The notes below the pieces were generated by a model. The model was not told the DNA's origin, made no database searches, and saw only the letters and a list, made by a program, of their open reading frames with translations. From Escherichia coli (GTDB taxonomy: Bacteria > Pseudomonadota > Gammaproteobacteria > Enterobacterales > Enterobacteriaceae): a stretch of DNA of 64,000 nucleotides. The position numbers were made by a program, and so were the translations under genes. This document shows positions 51,040 to 64,000 of the stretch, piece by piece. The stretch lies in the NCBI RefSeq assembly GCF_003991155.1, contig NZ_CP031293.1. The stretch is one strand, 5' to 3'. Every line of letters starts with the position of its first letter. Positions within the stretch are counted from its first letter, which is position 1.

Positions 51040-54000
51040 TTACTCGTTATCAGAACCGCCCAGACCTGCGTTCAGCAGTTCTGCCAGGCTGGCAGATGCG
51101 TCTTCTGCAGTCACCTGCGGTGCAGCCGGAGCTTCACCCGCAGCACGGCGACGCATACGATCCTGGTGGTACGCGTAACCGGTACCTGCCGGGATCAGAC
51201 GACCCACGATAACGTTCTCTTTCAGGCCGCGCAGTTCGTCGCGTTTGCCCGCAACGGCTGCTTCGGTCAGCACGCGAGTGGTCTCCTGGAACGATGCCGC
51301 GGAGATGAAGGACTCGGTTGCCAGAGACGCTTTGGTGATACCCAGCAGATCGCGGGAGTAAGTTGCACCCACTTTGCCGTTCGCTTCCAGTTCGCGGTTT
51401 GCGATCTTGACGCGAGAGTATTCAACCTGTTCACCTTCCAGGAAGTCGGAGCTGCCCGCGTTAACGATGGTAGCTTTACGCAGCATCTGACGAACGATAA
51501 CTTCGATGTGTTTATCGTTAATCTTAACGCCCTGCAGACGGTATACGTCCTGTACTTCGTTAACGATGTAACGAGTCACAGCATGAACACCACGCAGACG
51601 CAGAATGTCGTGCGGCGCTTCCGGACCGTCGGAAATTACGTCACCACGTTCTACACGTTCACCTTCGAACACGTTGAGTTGACGCCATTTCGGAATCATC
51701 TCTTCGTACGGATCGCTACCGTCTACCGGGGTGATAACCAGACGACGTTTACCTTTGGTTTCTTTACCGAAGGAAACGATACCGCTGATTTCAGCCAGGA
51801 TTGCCGGCTCTTTCGGACGACGTGCTTCGAACAGGTCCGCAACGCGCGGCAGACCACCGGTGATGTCCTTGGTACCGCCGGATTCCTGCGGAATACGCGC
51901 CAGGGTGTCACCAGAGCTGATCTGTACGCCATCTTCCAGCTGAACAATCGCTTTACCCGGCAGGAAGTACTGCGCAGGCATATCGGTACCCGGGATCAGA
52001 ACATCGTTACCCTGAGCATCAACGATTTTCAGCGCCGGACGCAGATCTTTACCACCTGCGGTACGTTCTGCGGAATCCAGAACCACCAGCGAAGACAGAC
52101 CGGTCAATTCGTCGGTCTGACGAGTAATGGTCTGGCCGTCGATCATGTCAGTAAAGCGTACAAAACCGCTTACTTCGGTGATAACCGGCATGGTGTGCGG
52201 GTCCCAGTTTGCAACGGTTTCGCCGCCAGCAACCTGTTCGCCATCGCCTTTCGCCAGTACCGCACCGTAAGGTACTTTGTAGCTTTCTTTGGTACGACCG
52301 AATTCGTCGATCAGTTTCAGTTCGGTGTTACGGGAAGTGATAACCAGTTTACCGCTGGAGTTCACAACCGACTTCACGTTGCTGAGCTTGATGCTACCTT
52401 TGTTTTTCACCTGGATGCTGGATTCAGCAGCCGCACGAGATGCCGCACCACCGATGTGGAACGTACGCATGGTCAGCTGTGTACCCGGTTCACCGATGGA
52501 CTGTGCCGCGATAACACCGATTGCTTCACCTTTGTTGATGAGGTGGCCACGCGCCAGGTCACGACCGTAGCAGTGCGCACATACACCAAAGTCGGTGTCA
52601 CAAGATACAACAGAACGTACTTTAACCGCGTCGACAGAGTTCTCTTCCAGCAGGTCACACCACTGTTCGTGCAGCAGCGTGTTGCGCGGAACGAGGATAT
52701 CAGCAGTACCCGGCTTCAGAACGTCTTCAGCAGTTACACGACCCAATACGCGATCGCGCAGCGGCTCTTTAACGTCACCACCCTCGATAACCGGAGTCAT
52801 CATGATACCTTCATGGGTACCACAATCGTCTTCGGTAACCACCAGGTCCTGCGCCACGTCAACCAGACGACGAGTCAGGTAACCGGAGTTCGCAGTTTTC
52901 AGTGCGGTATCCGCCAGACCTTTACGAGCACCGTGGGTGGAGATGAAGTACTGGAGTACGTTCAGACCTTCACGGAAGTTCGCGGTGATTGGCGTTTCGA
53001 TGATGGAGCCATCCGGCTTCGCCATCAGACCACGCATACCAGCAAGCTGACGAATCTGTGCCGCAGAACCACGCGCACCGGAGTCGGCCATCATGTAGAT
53101 GCTGTTGAAGGAAACCTGCTTCTCTTCCTGACCGTCACGGTTAATAACGGTTTCAGTTTGCAGGTTATCCATCATCGCTTTGGATACACGATCGTTCGCC
53201 GCAGCCCAGATATCGATAACTTTGTTGTAGCGTTCGCCCGCAGTTACCAGACCAGACTGGAACTGCTCCTGAATTTCAGCAACTTCTGCTTCTGCCTCGG
53301 AGATGATTTCGTGTTTCTTCTCCGGGATGACCATGTCATCGATACCAACAGATGCACCAGAACGCGCTGCATAGGCGAAGCCGGTGTACATGATCTGGTC
53401 CGCAAAAATAACGGTCGGTTTCAGACCGAGAATGCGGTAGCAGGTGTTCAGCATTTTGGAGATTGCTTTCTTACCCAGCGCCTGGTTGACGATGGAGTAA
53501 GGCAGACCTTTCGGTACAATCATCCACAGAATGGCACGGCCAACGGTCGTATCTTTCAGGCTGGTTTTCGCTACTAATTCACCGTTAGCATCTTTTTCAT
53601 ACTCGGTGATACGCACTTTAACGCGCGCATGCAGAGAAGCCAGACCAGAGCGATACAGACGTTCTGCTTCTTTCGGGCCAGTCAGCACCATGCCTTCGCC
53701 TTTGGCGTTAACACAGTCGCGGGTCATGTAGTACAGACCCAGTACAACGTCCTGAGACGGAACGATGATTGGTTCGCCGTTCGCCGGGGACAGGATGTTG
53801 TTGGTAGACATCATCAGCGCACGCGCTTCCAGCTGGGCTTCCAGCGTCAGCGGTACGTGAACAGCCATCTGGTCACCATCGAAGTCGGCGTTATATGCCG
53901 CACAAACCAGCGGGTGCAGCTGGATAGCTTTACCTTCGATCAGTACCGGTTCAAATGCCTGGATACCCAGACGGTGCAGAGTCGGTGCACGGTTCAGCAG

Positions 54001-55263
54001 TACCGGGTGTTCGCGGATAACTTCGTCCAGGATATCCCAAACGACAGCTTCTTCGCGCTCAACCATTTTCTTCGCAGCTTTAATGGTGGTAGCAAGACCA
54101 CGCAGTTCCAGCTTGCCGTAGATGAACGGTTTGAACAGTTCCAGTGCCATTTTCTTCGGCAGACCGCACTGATGCAGACGCAGGTATGGACCTACGGTGA
54201 TTACAGAACGACCGGAGTAGTCAACACGCTTACCGAGCAGGTTCTGACGGAAACGACCCTGTTTACCTTTGATCATGTCGGCCAAAGATTTCAGAGGACG
54301 CTTGTTAGAACCAGTGATCGCACGACCGCGACGACCGTTATCCAGCAGGGCGTCTACCGCTTCCTGCAGCATACGTTTTTCGTTACGTACGATGATATCT
54401 GGCGCAGCCAGATCCAGCAGACGTTTCAGACGGTTGTTACGGTTAATGACGCGACGATACAGATCGTTCAGGTCAGAAGTCGCGAAACGACCACCATCCA
54501 GCGGAACCAGCGGACGCAGATCTGGCGGCAGTACCGGCAGAACGGTCAGGATCATCCACTCTGGTTTGTTACCAGACTGAACGAACGCTTCCAGCAGTTT
54601 GATACGCTTGGTCAGCTTTTTACGCTTGGTTTCGGAGTTGGTTTCGTTCAGCTCTTCACGCAGCTGTTCGCACTCTTGCTCCAGATCCATGCTCTTCAGC
54701 AGGGCCTGGATTGCTTCCGCACCCATCTTCGCGTCGAATTCGTCACCGAACTCTTCCAGCGCGTCCAGATACTGCTCTTCAGTCAGGATCTGCTGACGCT
54801 CCAGGTTGGTCATACCGCCTTCGATAACCACATAGGATTCGAAGTACAGTACGCGTTCGATATCGCGCAGCGGCATATCGAGCAGCAGGCCGATACGGGA
54901 CGGCAGCGATTTCAGGAACCAGATGTGCGCAGTCGGGGAAGCCAGTTCGATGTGGCCCATACGCTCACGGCGTACTTTAGTCTGGGTCACTTCAACACCG
55001 CACTTCTCACAGATGACGCCACGGTGTTTCAGGCGCTTGTACTTACCGCACAGGCACTCGTAATCTTTTACCGGCCCAAAGATACGGGCGCAGAAAAGGC
55101 CGTCACGTTCTGGTTTGAACGTACGGTAGTTGATGGTTTCCGGCTTTTTAACTTCACCGAAAGACCATGAACGGATCATGTCTGGCGAAGCCAGAGCAAT
55201 TTTGATCGCATCAAACTCTTCGGTTTTAGTCTGCGCTTTCAGAAACTTTAATAAATCTTTCAC
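51040..55263 (-). CDS. rpoC: DNA-directed RNA polymerase subunit beta'
   Basis: 1407 aa; [64 protein letters not shown]. Confidence 0.98.
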   Translation of the reverse strand: MKDLLKFLKAQTKTEEFDAIKIALASPDMIRSWSFGEVKKPETINYRTFKPERDGLFCARIFGPVKDYECLCGKYKRLKHRGVICEKCGVEVTQTKVRRERMGHIELASPTAHIWFLKSLPSRIGLLLDMPLRDIERVLYFESYVVIEGGMTNLERQQILTEEQYLDALEEFGDEFDAKMGAEAIQALLKSMDLEQECEQLREELNETNSETKRKKLTKRIKLLEAFVQSGNKPEWMILTVLPVLPPDLRPLVPLDGGRFATSDLNDLYRRVINRNNRLKRLLDLAAPDIIVRNEKRMLQEAVDALLDNGRRGRAITGSNKRPLKSLADMIKGKQGRFRQNLLGKRVDYSGRSVITVGPYLRLHQCGLPKKMALELFKPFIYGKLELRGLATTIKAAKKMVEREEAVVWDILDEVIREHPVLLNRAPTLHRLGIQAFEPVLIEGKAIQLHPLVCAAYNADFDGDQMAVHVPLTLEAQLEARALMMSTNNILSPANGEPIIVPSQDVVLGLYYMTRDCVNAKGEGMVLTGPKEAERLYRSGLASLHARVKVRITEYEKDANGELVAKTSLKDTTVGRAILWMIVPKGLPYSIVNQALGKKAISKMLNTCYRILGLKPTVIFADQIMYTGFAYAARSGASVGIDDMVIPEKKHEIISEAEAEVAEIQEQFQSGLVTAGERYNKVIDIWAAANDRVSKAMMDNLQTETVINRDGQEEKQVSFNSIYMMADSGARGSAAQIRQLAGMRGLMAKPDGSIIETPITANFREGLNVLQYFISTHGARKGLADTALKTANSGYLTRRLVDVAQDLVVTEDDCGTHEGIMMTPVIEGGDVKEPLRDRVLGRVTAEDVLKPGTADILVPRNTLLHEQWCDLLEENSVDAVKVRSVVSCDTDFGVCAHCYGRDLARGHLINKGEAIGVIAAQSIGEPGTQLTMRTFHIGGAASRAAAESSIQVKNKGSIKLSNVKSVVNSSGKLVITSRNTELKLIDEFGRTKESYKVPYGAVLAKGDGEQVAGGETVANWDPHTMPVITEVSGFVRFTDMIDGQTITRQTDELTGLSSLVVLDSAERTAGGKDLRPALKIVDAQGNDVLIPGTDMPAQYFLPGKAIVQLEDGVQISSGDTLARIPQESGGTKDITGGLPRVADLFEARRPKEPAILAEISGIVSFGKETKGKRRLVITPVDGSDPYEEMIPKWRQLNVFEGERVERGDVISDGPEAPHDILRLRGVHAVTRYIVNEVQDVYRLQGVKINDKHIEVIVRQMLRKATIVNAGSSDFLEGEQVEYSRVKIANRELEANGKVGATYSRDLLGITKASLATESFISAASFQETTRVLTEAAVAGKRDELRGLKENVIVGRLIPAGTGYAYHQDRMRRRAAGEAPAAPQVTAEDASASLAELLNAGLGGSDNE

Positions 55264-55339
55264 GGATTTGCTCCCGTCGGAGTTAGCACAATCCGCTGCC
55301 GGGTTTTACCCCGACAGCAGTGACCTGTTTGAGCGAGAA

Positions 55340-58300
55340 TTACTCGTCTTCCAGTTCGATGTTGATACCCAGCGAACGAATCTCTTTCAACAATACGTTG
55401 AAGGATTCTGGCATGCCCGGCTCCATCTGATGGTTGCCGTCCACGATGTTTTTATACATCTTAGTACGACCGTTCACGTCATCAGACTTAACGGTGAGCA
55501 TTTCCTGCAGGGTGTATGCTGCGCCGTATGCTTCCAGCGCCCACACTTCCATCTCCCCGAAACGCTGACCACCGAACTGTGCCTTACCACCCAGCGGCTG
55601 CTGAGTAACCAGGCTGTAAGAACCGGTGGAACGCGCGTGCATCTTGTCGTCGACCAGGTGGTTCAGTTTCAGCATGTACATGTAACCAACGGTTACCGGA
55701 CGCTCGAACTGTTCACCAGTGCGGCCGTCGTACAGGCGGATCTGACCAGAAGTCGGCAGGTCGCCAAGTTTCAGCAGCTCTTTAATTTCTGCTTCTTTCG
55801 CACCGTCGAAGACCGGCGTTGCGATTGGCATACCTTTGCGCAGGTTTTCAGCCAGACGCATAACTTCTTCATCGCTGAAGGTACTCAGGTCAACTTTCTG
55901 ACGAACGTCAGCGCCCAGATCGTACGCACGCTGGATGAATTCGCGCAGTTTCGCGACTTCTTGCTGCTGTTTCAGCATGGCGTTGATCTTGTCGCCGATA
56001 CCTTTCGCAGCCATACCCAGGTGGGTTTCGAGGATCTGACCAATGTTCATACGAGACGGTACGCCCAGCGGGTTCAGTACGATGTCTACCGGCGTACCGT
56101 TTTCATCGTAAGGCATATCTTCGATCGGGTTGATCTTAGAAATTACACCCTTGTTACCATGACGACCTGCCATCTTGTCACCAGGCTGGATACGGCGTTT
56201 AACCGCCAGATATACCTTAACAATCTTCAGCACGCCCGGTGCCAGATCGTCGCCCTGGGTGATTTTGCGGCGTTTCGCTTCGAGTTTCTTCTCGAACTCG
56301 TGTTTCAGTTCGTCATACTGCTCAGCCAGCTGTTCCAGCTGATTTTGTTTCTCTTCGTCGGTCAGGCCCAGCTCCAGCCAGCGATCGCGCGGCAGTTTGT
56401 CGAGCTTCTCAGCTTCAACGCCACCGGCTACCAGCACAGCACGGATACGGCTGAACAGACCCGCTTCGAGGATTTGCAGTTCTTCAGACAGGTCTTTCTT
56501 CGCCTGTTTGAGCTGCATTTCTTCGATTTCCAGCGCACGTTTGTCTTTTTCTACGCCATCGCGAGTAAAGACCTGAACGTCGATAACCGTACCGGATACA
56601 CCGTTTGGTACGCGCAGAGAAGAGTCTTTAACGTCAGACGCTTTCTCACCGAAGATCGCACGCAGCAGTTTTTCTTCTGGGGTCAGCTGAGTTTCACCTT
56701 TCGGCGTTACCTTACCAACCAGAATGTCGCCACCGGTCACTTCCGCACCAATGTAAACGATACCGGATTCATCCAGTTTGGAGAGAGCAGCTTCACCCAC
56801 GTTCGGGATGTCAGCGGTGATCTCTTCCGGCCCCAGCTTGGTATCACGGGACACACACGCCAGTTCCTGAATATGGATGGTGGTGAAACGGTCTTCCTGA
56901 ACAACACGCTCGGATACGAGGATGGAGTCTTCGAAGTTGTAACCATTCCACGGCATGAACGCTACGCGCATGTTCTGACCAAGCGCCAGTTCACCGAGGT
57001 CGGTGGACGGACCGTCTGCCAGCACGTCGCCACGTTCTACCGGTTCACCCAGAGACACACACGGCATCTGGTTGATACAGGTGTTCTGGTTAGAACGGGT
57101 GTACTTGGTCAGGTTGTAGATGTCGATACCTGCTTCACCCGGATACATCTCGTCTTCGTTAACTTTGATAACGATACGGGAAGCATCCACGTACTGAACG
57201 ACACCACCACGTTTAGCAACCGCAGTTACACCGGAGTCAACGGCAACAGCACGTTCCATACCCGTACCAACCAGCGGCTTATCAGCACGCAGAGTCGGAA
57301 CGGCCTGACGTTGCATGTTCGCCCCCATCAATGCACGGTTGGCGTCATCGTGTTCCAGGAACGGGATCAGGGACGCACCGACGGATACCACCTGCTGGGT
57401 GGATACGTCCATGTAGTCAACCTGGTCACGGCTGAACAAGCTGGATTCGCCTTTGCTACGGCAAGTTACCAGGTCTTCTACGAAGTGGCCTTCTTCATCC
57501 AGGTTGGAGTTCGCCTGGGCGATAACGTAGTTGCCTTCTTCGATAGCAGACAGGTAGTGAATTTCGTCAGTTACAACACCGTCGGTCACTTTACGATACG
57601 GAGTCTCAAGGAAGCCGTATTCGTTAGTCTGCGCGTATACAGACAGGGAGTTGATCAGACCGATGTTCGGACCTTCAGGGGTTTCGATTGGACATACGCG
57701 ACCGTAGTGAGTCGGGTGTACGTCTCGAACTTCGAAGCCTGCACGTTCACGGGTCAGACCACCCGGGCCGAGTGCGGAGATACGACGTTTGTGCGTAATC
57801 TCAGACAGCGGGTTGTTCTGGTCCATAAACTGAGACAGCTGGCTGGAACCGAAGAACTCTTTCACTGCTGCGGAAATCGGCTTGGCGTTGATCATATCCT
57901 GAGGCATCAGGGTATCCAGATCGCCCAGAGACAAACGCTCTTTCACCGCACGCTCTACACGTACCAGGCCAACGCGGAACTGGTTTTCCGCCATTTCGCC
58001 AACGGAACGGATACGACGGTTGCCGAGGTGGTCGATATCATCGACTTCGCCTTTACCGTTACGGATATCGATGAGCTTTTTCATAACATCAATGATGTCG
58101 TCTTTGCTCAGGATACCGGAACCTTCGATTTCTTCGCGCAGCAGAGAACGGTTGAACTTCATACGACCAACCGCAGACAGGTCATAGCGGTCTTCGGAGA
58201 AGAACAGGTTCTCGAACAGGCTTTCAGCTGCTTCACGAGTCGGCGGCTCGCCAGGGCGCATCATGCGGTAGATTTCTACCAGTGCGCTCAGACGGTCGTT

Positions 58301-59368
58301 AGTTGGGTCGACACGTAAGGTTTCAGAGATATATGGGCCGTGATCCAGATCGTTGGTGAACAGCGTTTCGATACGCTTGTGACCAGACTGGCTCAGCTTA
58401 GCCAGCAGATCCAGGCTCAGCTCCATGTTCGCAGCACAGATCAGCTCGCCGGTAGACTCATCAATATAGTCTTTAGCAACCACTTTACCTGCGATGTACT
58501 CAACCGGGACTTCGATCAGTTTGACGTCGTCTTTTTCCAGCTGGCGAATGTGGCGCGCAGTGATACGGCGGCCTTTTTCTACGTACACTTTACCGTTAGC
58601 TTCGATGTCAAAAGATGCGGTTTCACCACGCAGGCGTTCCGGCACCAGTTCCATCTGCAGCTTGTTATCACGGATTTCAAAGATAACTTTTTCAAAGAAC
58701 AGGTCGAGGATCTGCTCTGTGGTGTAGTTCAGGGCGCGCAGAATGATGGTCGCAGGCAGTTTACGGCGACGGTCGATACGTACGAACAGGTTGTCCTTCG
58801 GATCGAATTCGAAGTCCAGCCAGGAACCACGGTAAGGGATGATGCGCGCGTTATACAGCACTTTACCCGAAGAGTGGGTTTTACCTTTGTCGGAGTCAAA
58901 GAAGACGCCCGGACTACGGTGCAGCTGGGAAACGATAACACGCTCAGTACCGTTGATAACAAAGGTACCGTTGTCTGTCATGAGCGGAATTTCGCCCATG
59001 TAGACTTCTTGTTCTTTAATGTCTTTTACGGTGCCTTCCGGCGCTTCGCGCTCATAGATCACCAGACGCAGTTTAACGCGCAGCGGTGCGGAATAGGTCA
59101 CGCCACGGATTTGACATTCCTGGACGTCAAACACCGGTTCGCCAAGGCGGTAGCTGACGTATTGCAGCTCGGAATTACCGCTGTAGCTCTGAATCGGGAA
59201 TACGGAACGGAAAGCAGCTTCCAGACCATACTGCCCTTCAGGATCTTGCTCGATAAATTTCTGAAACGAGTCAAGCTGGATAGAAAGGAGATAAGGTACA
59301 TCCAGAACTTGTGGACGTTTACCAAAATCCTTACGAATACGTTTTTTCTCGGTATAGGAGTAAACCAT
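55340..59368 (-). CDS. rpoB: DNA-directed RNA polymerase subunit beta
   Basis: ORF 55340-59401; start ATG 59368 ([20 protein letters not shown]), 1342 aa. Confidence 0.98.
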
Positions 59369-59687
59369 AGGGTTCCTCAGCTCGCTGACAAGTCGACCCA
59401 TCTGTCCATTGAGCGGACAGTTTGTGCAACACTATTTTGTTGACCGGAAAATGGAACACTTTCCGCAATGCCTGTTGCTATCACGCTTAAACCATTTCAT
59501 TGCGATTTACACAGAACGGACGTCCTGTCGCAGTATATTAAGTCGTCGATAGAAACAAGCATTGAAAGGCACAGCAGTAGTCAAACAGTGTGAAACGCTA
59601 CTGGCGCCTTACAGCGCAAAAAGGCTGGTGACTAAAAAGTCACCAGCCATCAGCCTGATTTCTCAGGCTGCAACCGGAAGGGTTGGC

Positions 59688-60053
<366 letters not shown>

Positions 60054-60119
60054 TTAAATTGTTCCTGAATATCAGAATAAGTTTATACGTAAGCGAATGC
60101 GTTAAAAAGATAACTGCGA

Positions 60120-60617
60120 TTAAGCAGCTTCTTTCGCATCGCGTACAGCAGCCAGAGTACGAACCAGTTTGCCAGCCGAAGCTTCTTTCATGGTTGCCAT
60201 CAGGCGTGCAATTGCTTCTTCGTAGGTCGGCAGAGTTGCCAGGCGGTCGATCTGAGACGCCGGGATCAGCTCACCTTCAAAGGCAGCGGCTTTGACCTCA
60301 AATTTTGCATTCGCTTTCGCGAACTCTTTGAACAGACGAGCAGCAGCGCCCGGGTGTTCCATAGAGTATGCAATCAGGGTCGGACCAACAAACGCGTCTT
60401 TCAGGCACTCGAACGGAGTACCTTCAACAGCACGGCGCAGCAGGGTGTTACGAACAACACGCATGTATACGCCAGCTTCGCGACCTGCTTTACGCAGTTC
60501 AGTCATTTTATCTACAGTTACGCCACGGGAATCCGCAACTACTGCAGACAGCGCGCCTTTGGCTACTTCGCTGACTTCAGCAACAATCGCTTGTTTGTCT
60601 TGAAGATTTAAAGCCAT
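60120..60617 (-). CDS. rplJ: 50S ribosomal protein L10
   Basis: 165 aa; [64 protein letters not shown]. Confidence 0.98.
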
Positions 60618-60908
60618 TAGCTTTGCTCCTGGATGTTTGCCAGAGAAAATCTCTGGAACTCACTTCACTCCTCCAAACGGAGAGAGCGTCTTAATTACGG
60701 TGAGCAGAAACAAGCCAGAATATAAAAGAATAATCTTAGCGTTCTGTCACCGTCTACGCAGGGGATTAAGTTTCTTGCGAAACTCCTGCGGTCTTCGACG
60801 GAGGCCTGGATAGGCCAGGCTCCAACGAACAAATCTTTTTAGCTGCTAACTTTCGTTAGCATACGTGGGGGTAAGATTGTAGACAAAATCACCGCCCACG
60901 TAAAGGCA
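60618..60908 (-). promoter_or_regulatory. rplJL leader (L10(L12)4 autoregulatory leader, promoter PL10)
   Basis: Long untranslated region between rplA stop and rplJ start, position-conserved leader of the L10 operon. Confidence 0.6.
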
Positions 60909-62121
<1,213 letters not shown>

Positions 62122-62168
62122 CCATAAAAACAAAAGGCGCGAAATTGTATTCCAATCTCGCGCCTTGT
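62122..62168 (-). terminator. Rho-independent terminator downstream of nusG
   Basis: Minus-strand hairpin AAGGCGCGAGATTGGAATACAATTTCGCGCCTT followed by TTGTTTTTAT. Confidence 0.7.
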
Positions 62169-62203
62169 GCAACGATTAAATCGCCGCTTTTTTGATCGCT
62201 GGG

Positions 62204-62749
62204 TTAGGCTTTTTCAACCTGGCTGAAGTCCAGCTCTACCGGGGTCGCACGACCGAAGATAGAAACAGACACTTTCAGACGAGATTTCTCGTAATCCACT
62301 TCTTCAACAACACCGTTGAAGTCAGCGAACGGACCATCATTAACACGGACCATTTCACCCGGTTCAAACAGCGTTTTCGGACGCGGCTTATCACCAACCT
62401 GCTGCAGGCGGTTCATAATCGCATCGACTTCTTTATCGCTGATTGGTGCAGGACGATCGGAAGTACCGCCGATGAAGCCCATCACACGCGGTACGCTGCG
62501 CACCAGGTGCCAGCTCGCGTCGTTCATCACCATCTGAACGAGGACGTAGCCAGGGAAGAATTTACGTTCGCTTTTGCGACGCTGACCGCCACGGATTTCA
62601 ACCACTTCTTCGGTTGGTACCATGACTTCACCAAACAAATCTTCCATGTTGTGTAATTTGATATGCTCACGCAGCGACGTTGCTACGCGGCCTTCAAAAC
62701 CGGAAAACGCCTGAACGACGTACCAGCGCTTTTTAGGAGCTTCAGACAT
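62204..62749 (-). CDS. nusG: Transcription termination/antitermination factor NusG
   Basis: 181 aa; [73 protein letters not shown]. Confidence 0.98.
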
Positions 62750-62750
62750 C

Positions 62751-63134
62751 TCAGAACCTCAGGCCAGTGATAAAGGATACCAGGCGAACCAGAATACCAT
62801 CCAGTCCCCACAGGATCAGTGACATTACTGCGGTAACCGCAGCCACAATCAGCGTGGTGTGCAATGTTTCCTGGCGAGTCGGCCAAATGACCTTACGGAC
62901 TTCGGTACGCGCTTCACGGGCAAAAGCAACGGTAGCTTTACCTTTTGTCGTTAACAGCGCGACACCACCCGCTGCAGCAATCAGAATTACTACGGCCAGC
63001 GCACGCAGCGGCAGCATAATGTCGCGATAAAGATAGTTGCCGACAATCGCCACCAGGAGCAATGCCACCACAACGACCCACTTCATCGCTTCCAGGCCGC
63101 GCCCGCTTCCTTGAGCTTCGGTATTCGCACTCAT
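62751..63134 (-). CDS. secE: Protein translocase subunit SecE
   Basis: 127 aa; three TM segments; stop adjacent to nusG start. Confidence 0.95.
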
Positions 63135-63363
63135 AAACCAACCTGTCAGAAGTTTTCTACAAACATTTTCACCCCGCGATCGCGAGGCAAACCAAATCGA
63201 AACGCGTATTAGCTTTTCGGATTATACGCCCTCAACAGAGCCTGTCTCAGCAATGATTATGACAAAGAAAATCACTGATGAGCCAGGTTCTGGTACGAAA
63301 GCGTGCAAAAAGGGCATCAAATGATGCCCTTTTAGTGCGCATTGCGTCAAATGTTATCGGCAA

Positions 63364-64000
<637 letters not shown>

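Noticed and set aside
51166-58318. Very long plus-strand ORFs (803 aa at 51166-53577, 513 aa at 53629-55170, 1062 aa at 55130-58318) antisense to rpoC and rpoB
   Set aside because: They lie entirely inside highly conserved rpoB/rpoC coding sequence on the opposite strand, have low-complexity composition (F, V, T, Q, R rich) and no SD. Open antisense frames are a known artefact of the strong codon bias of highly expressed genes.

Overview
64-kb chromosomal window from an Escherichia coli-like enterobacterium, read by eye with no searches run. It is oriented opposite to the K-12 map and is mostly conserved core genome. Gene order: rluF (partial) - sorCDFBAME plus an aroE-like gene - pepE - yjbB - two small AT-rich ORFs - metH - iclR - aceK/aceA/aceB - metA - yjaB - rrnE operon on the minus strand (5S, 23S, tRNA-Glu, 16S) - purHD - zraR/zraS/zraP - yjaH - hupA - yjaG - nfi - hemE - nudC - rsd - TPP riboswitch - thiCEFSGH - accessory island - rpoC/rpoB - rplL/rplJ/rplA/rplK - nusG - secE - tufB (partial). 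Three regions are not explained by the K-12 core arrangement as I recall it. (1) The best candidate for an undescribed system is about 6.6 kb between thiH and rpoC: a translationally coupled three-gene operon encoding a DeoR-HTH::ribokinase fusion, an NCS1-type permease and an 884-aa cytoplasmic hydrolase-like enzyme of unassigned family, plus a convergent cupin-like gene. I propose uptake and catabolism of a ribose-containing or nucleoside/vitamin-like glycoside; this is inference. (2) An AT-rich two-gene cassette (small soluble protein plus small membrane protein) sits between yjbB and metH. (3) The L-sorbose PTS operon lies between rluF and pepE, with an extra shikimate-dehydrogenase-like gene coupled to sorE. 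The lineage markers arpA and yjaA are both missing from their K-12 positions. CDS coordinates follow the supplied ORF track with starts adjusted in frame; RNA and regulatory coordinates are approximate to a few nucleotides.
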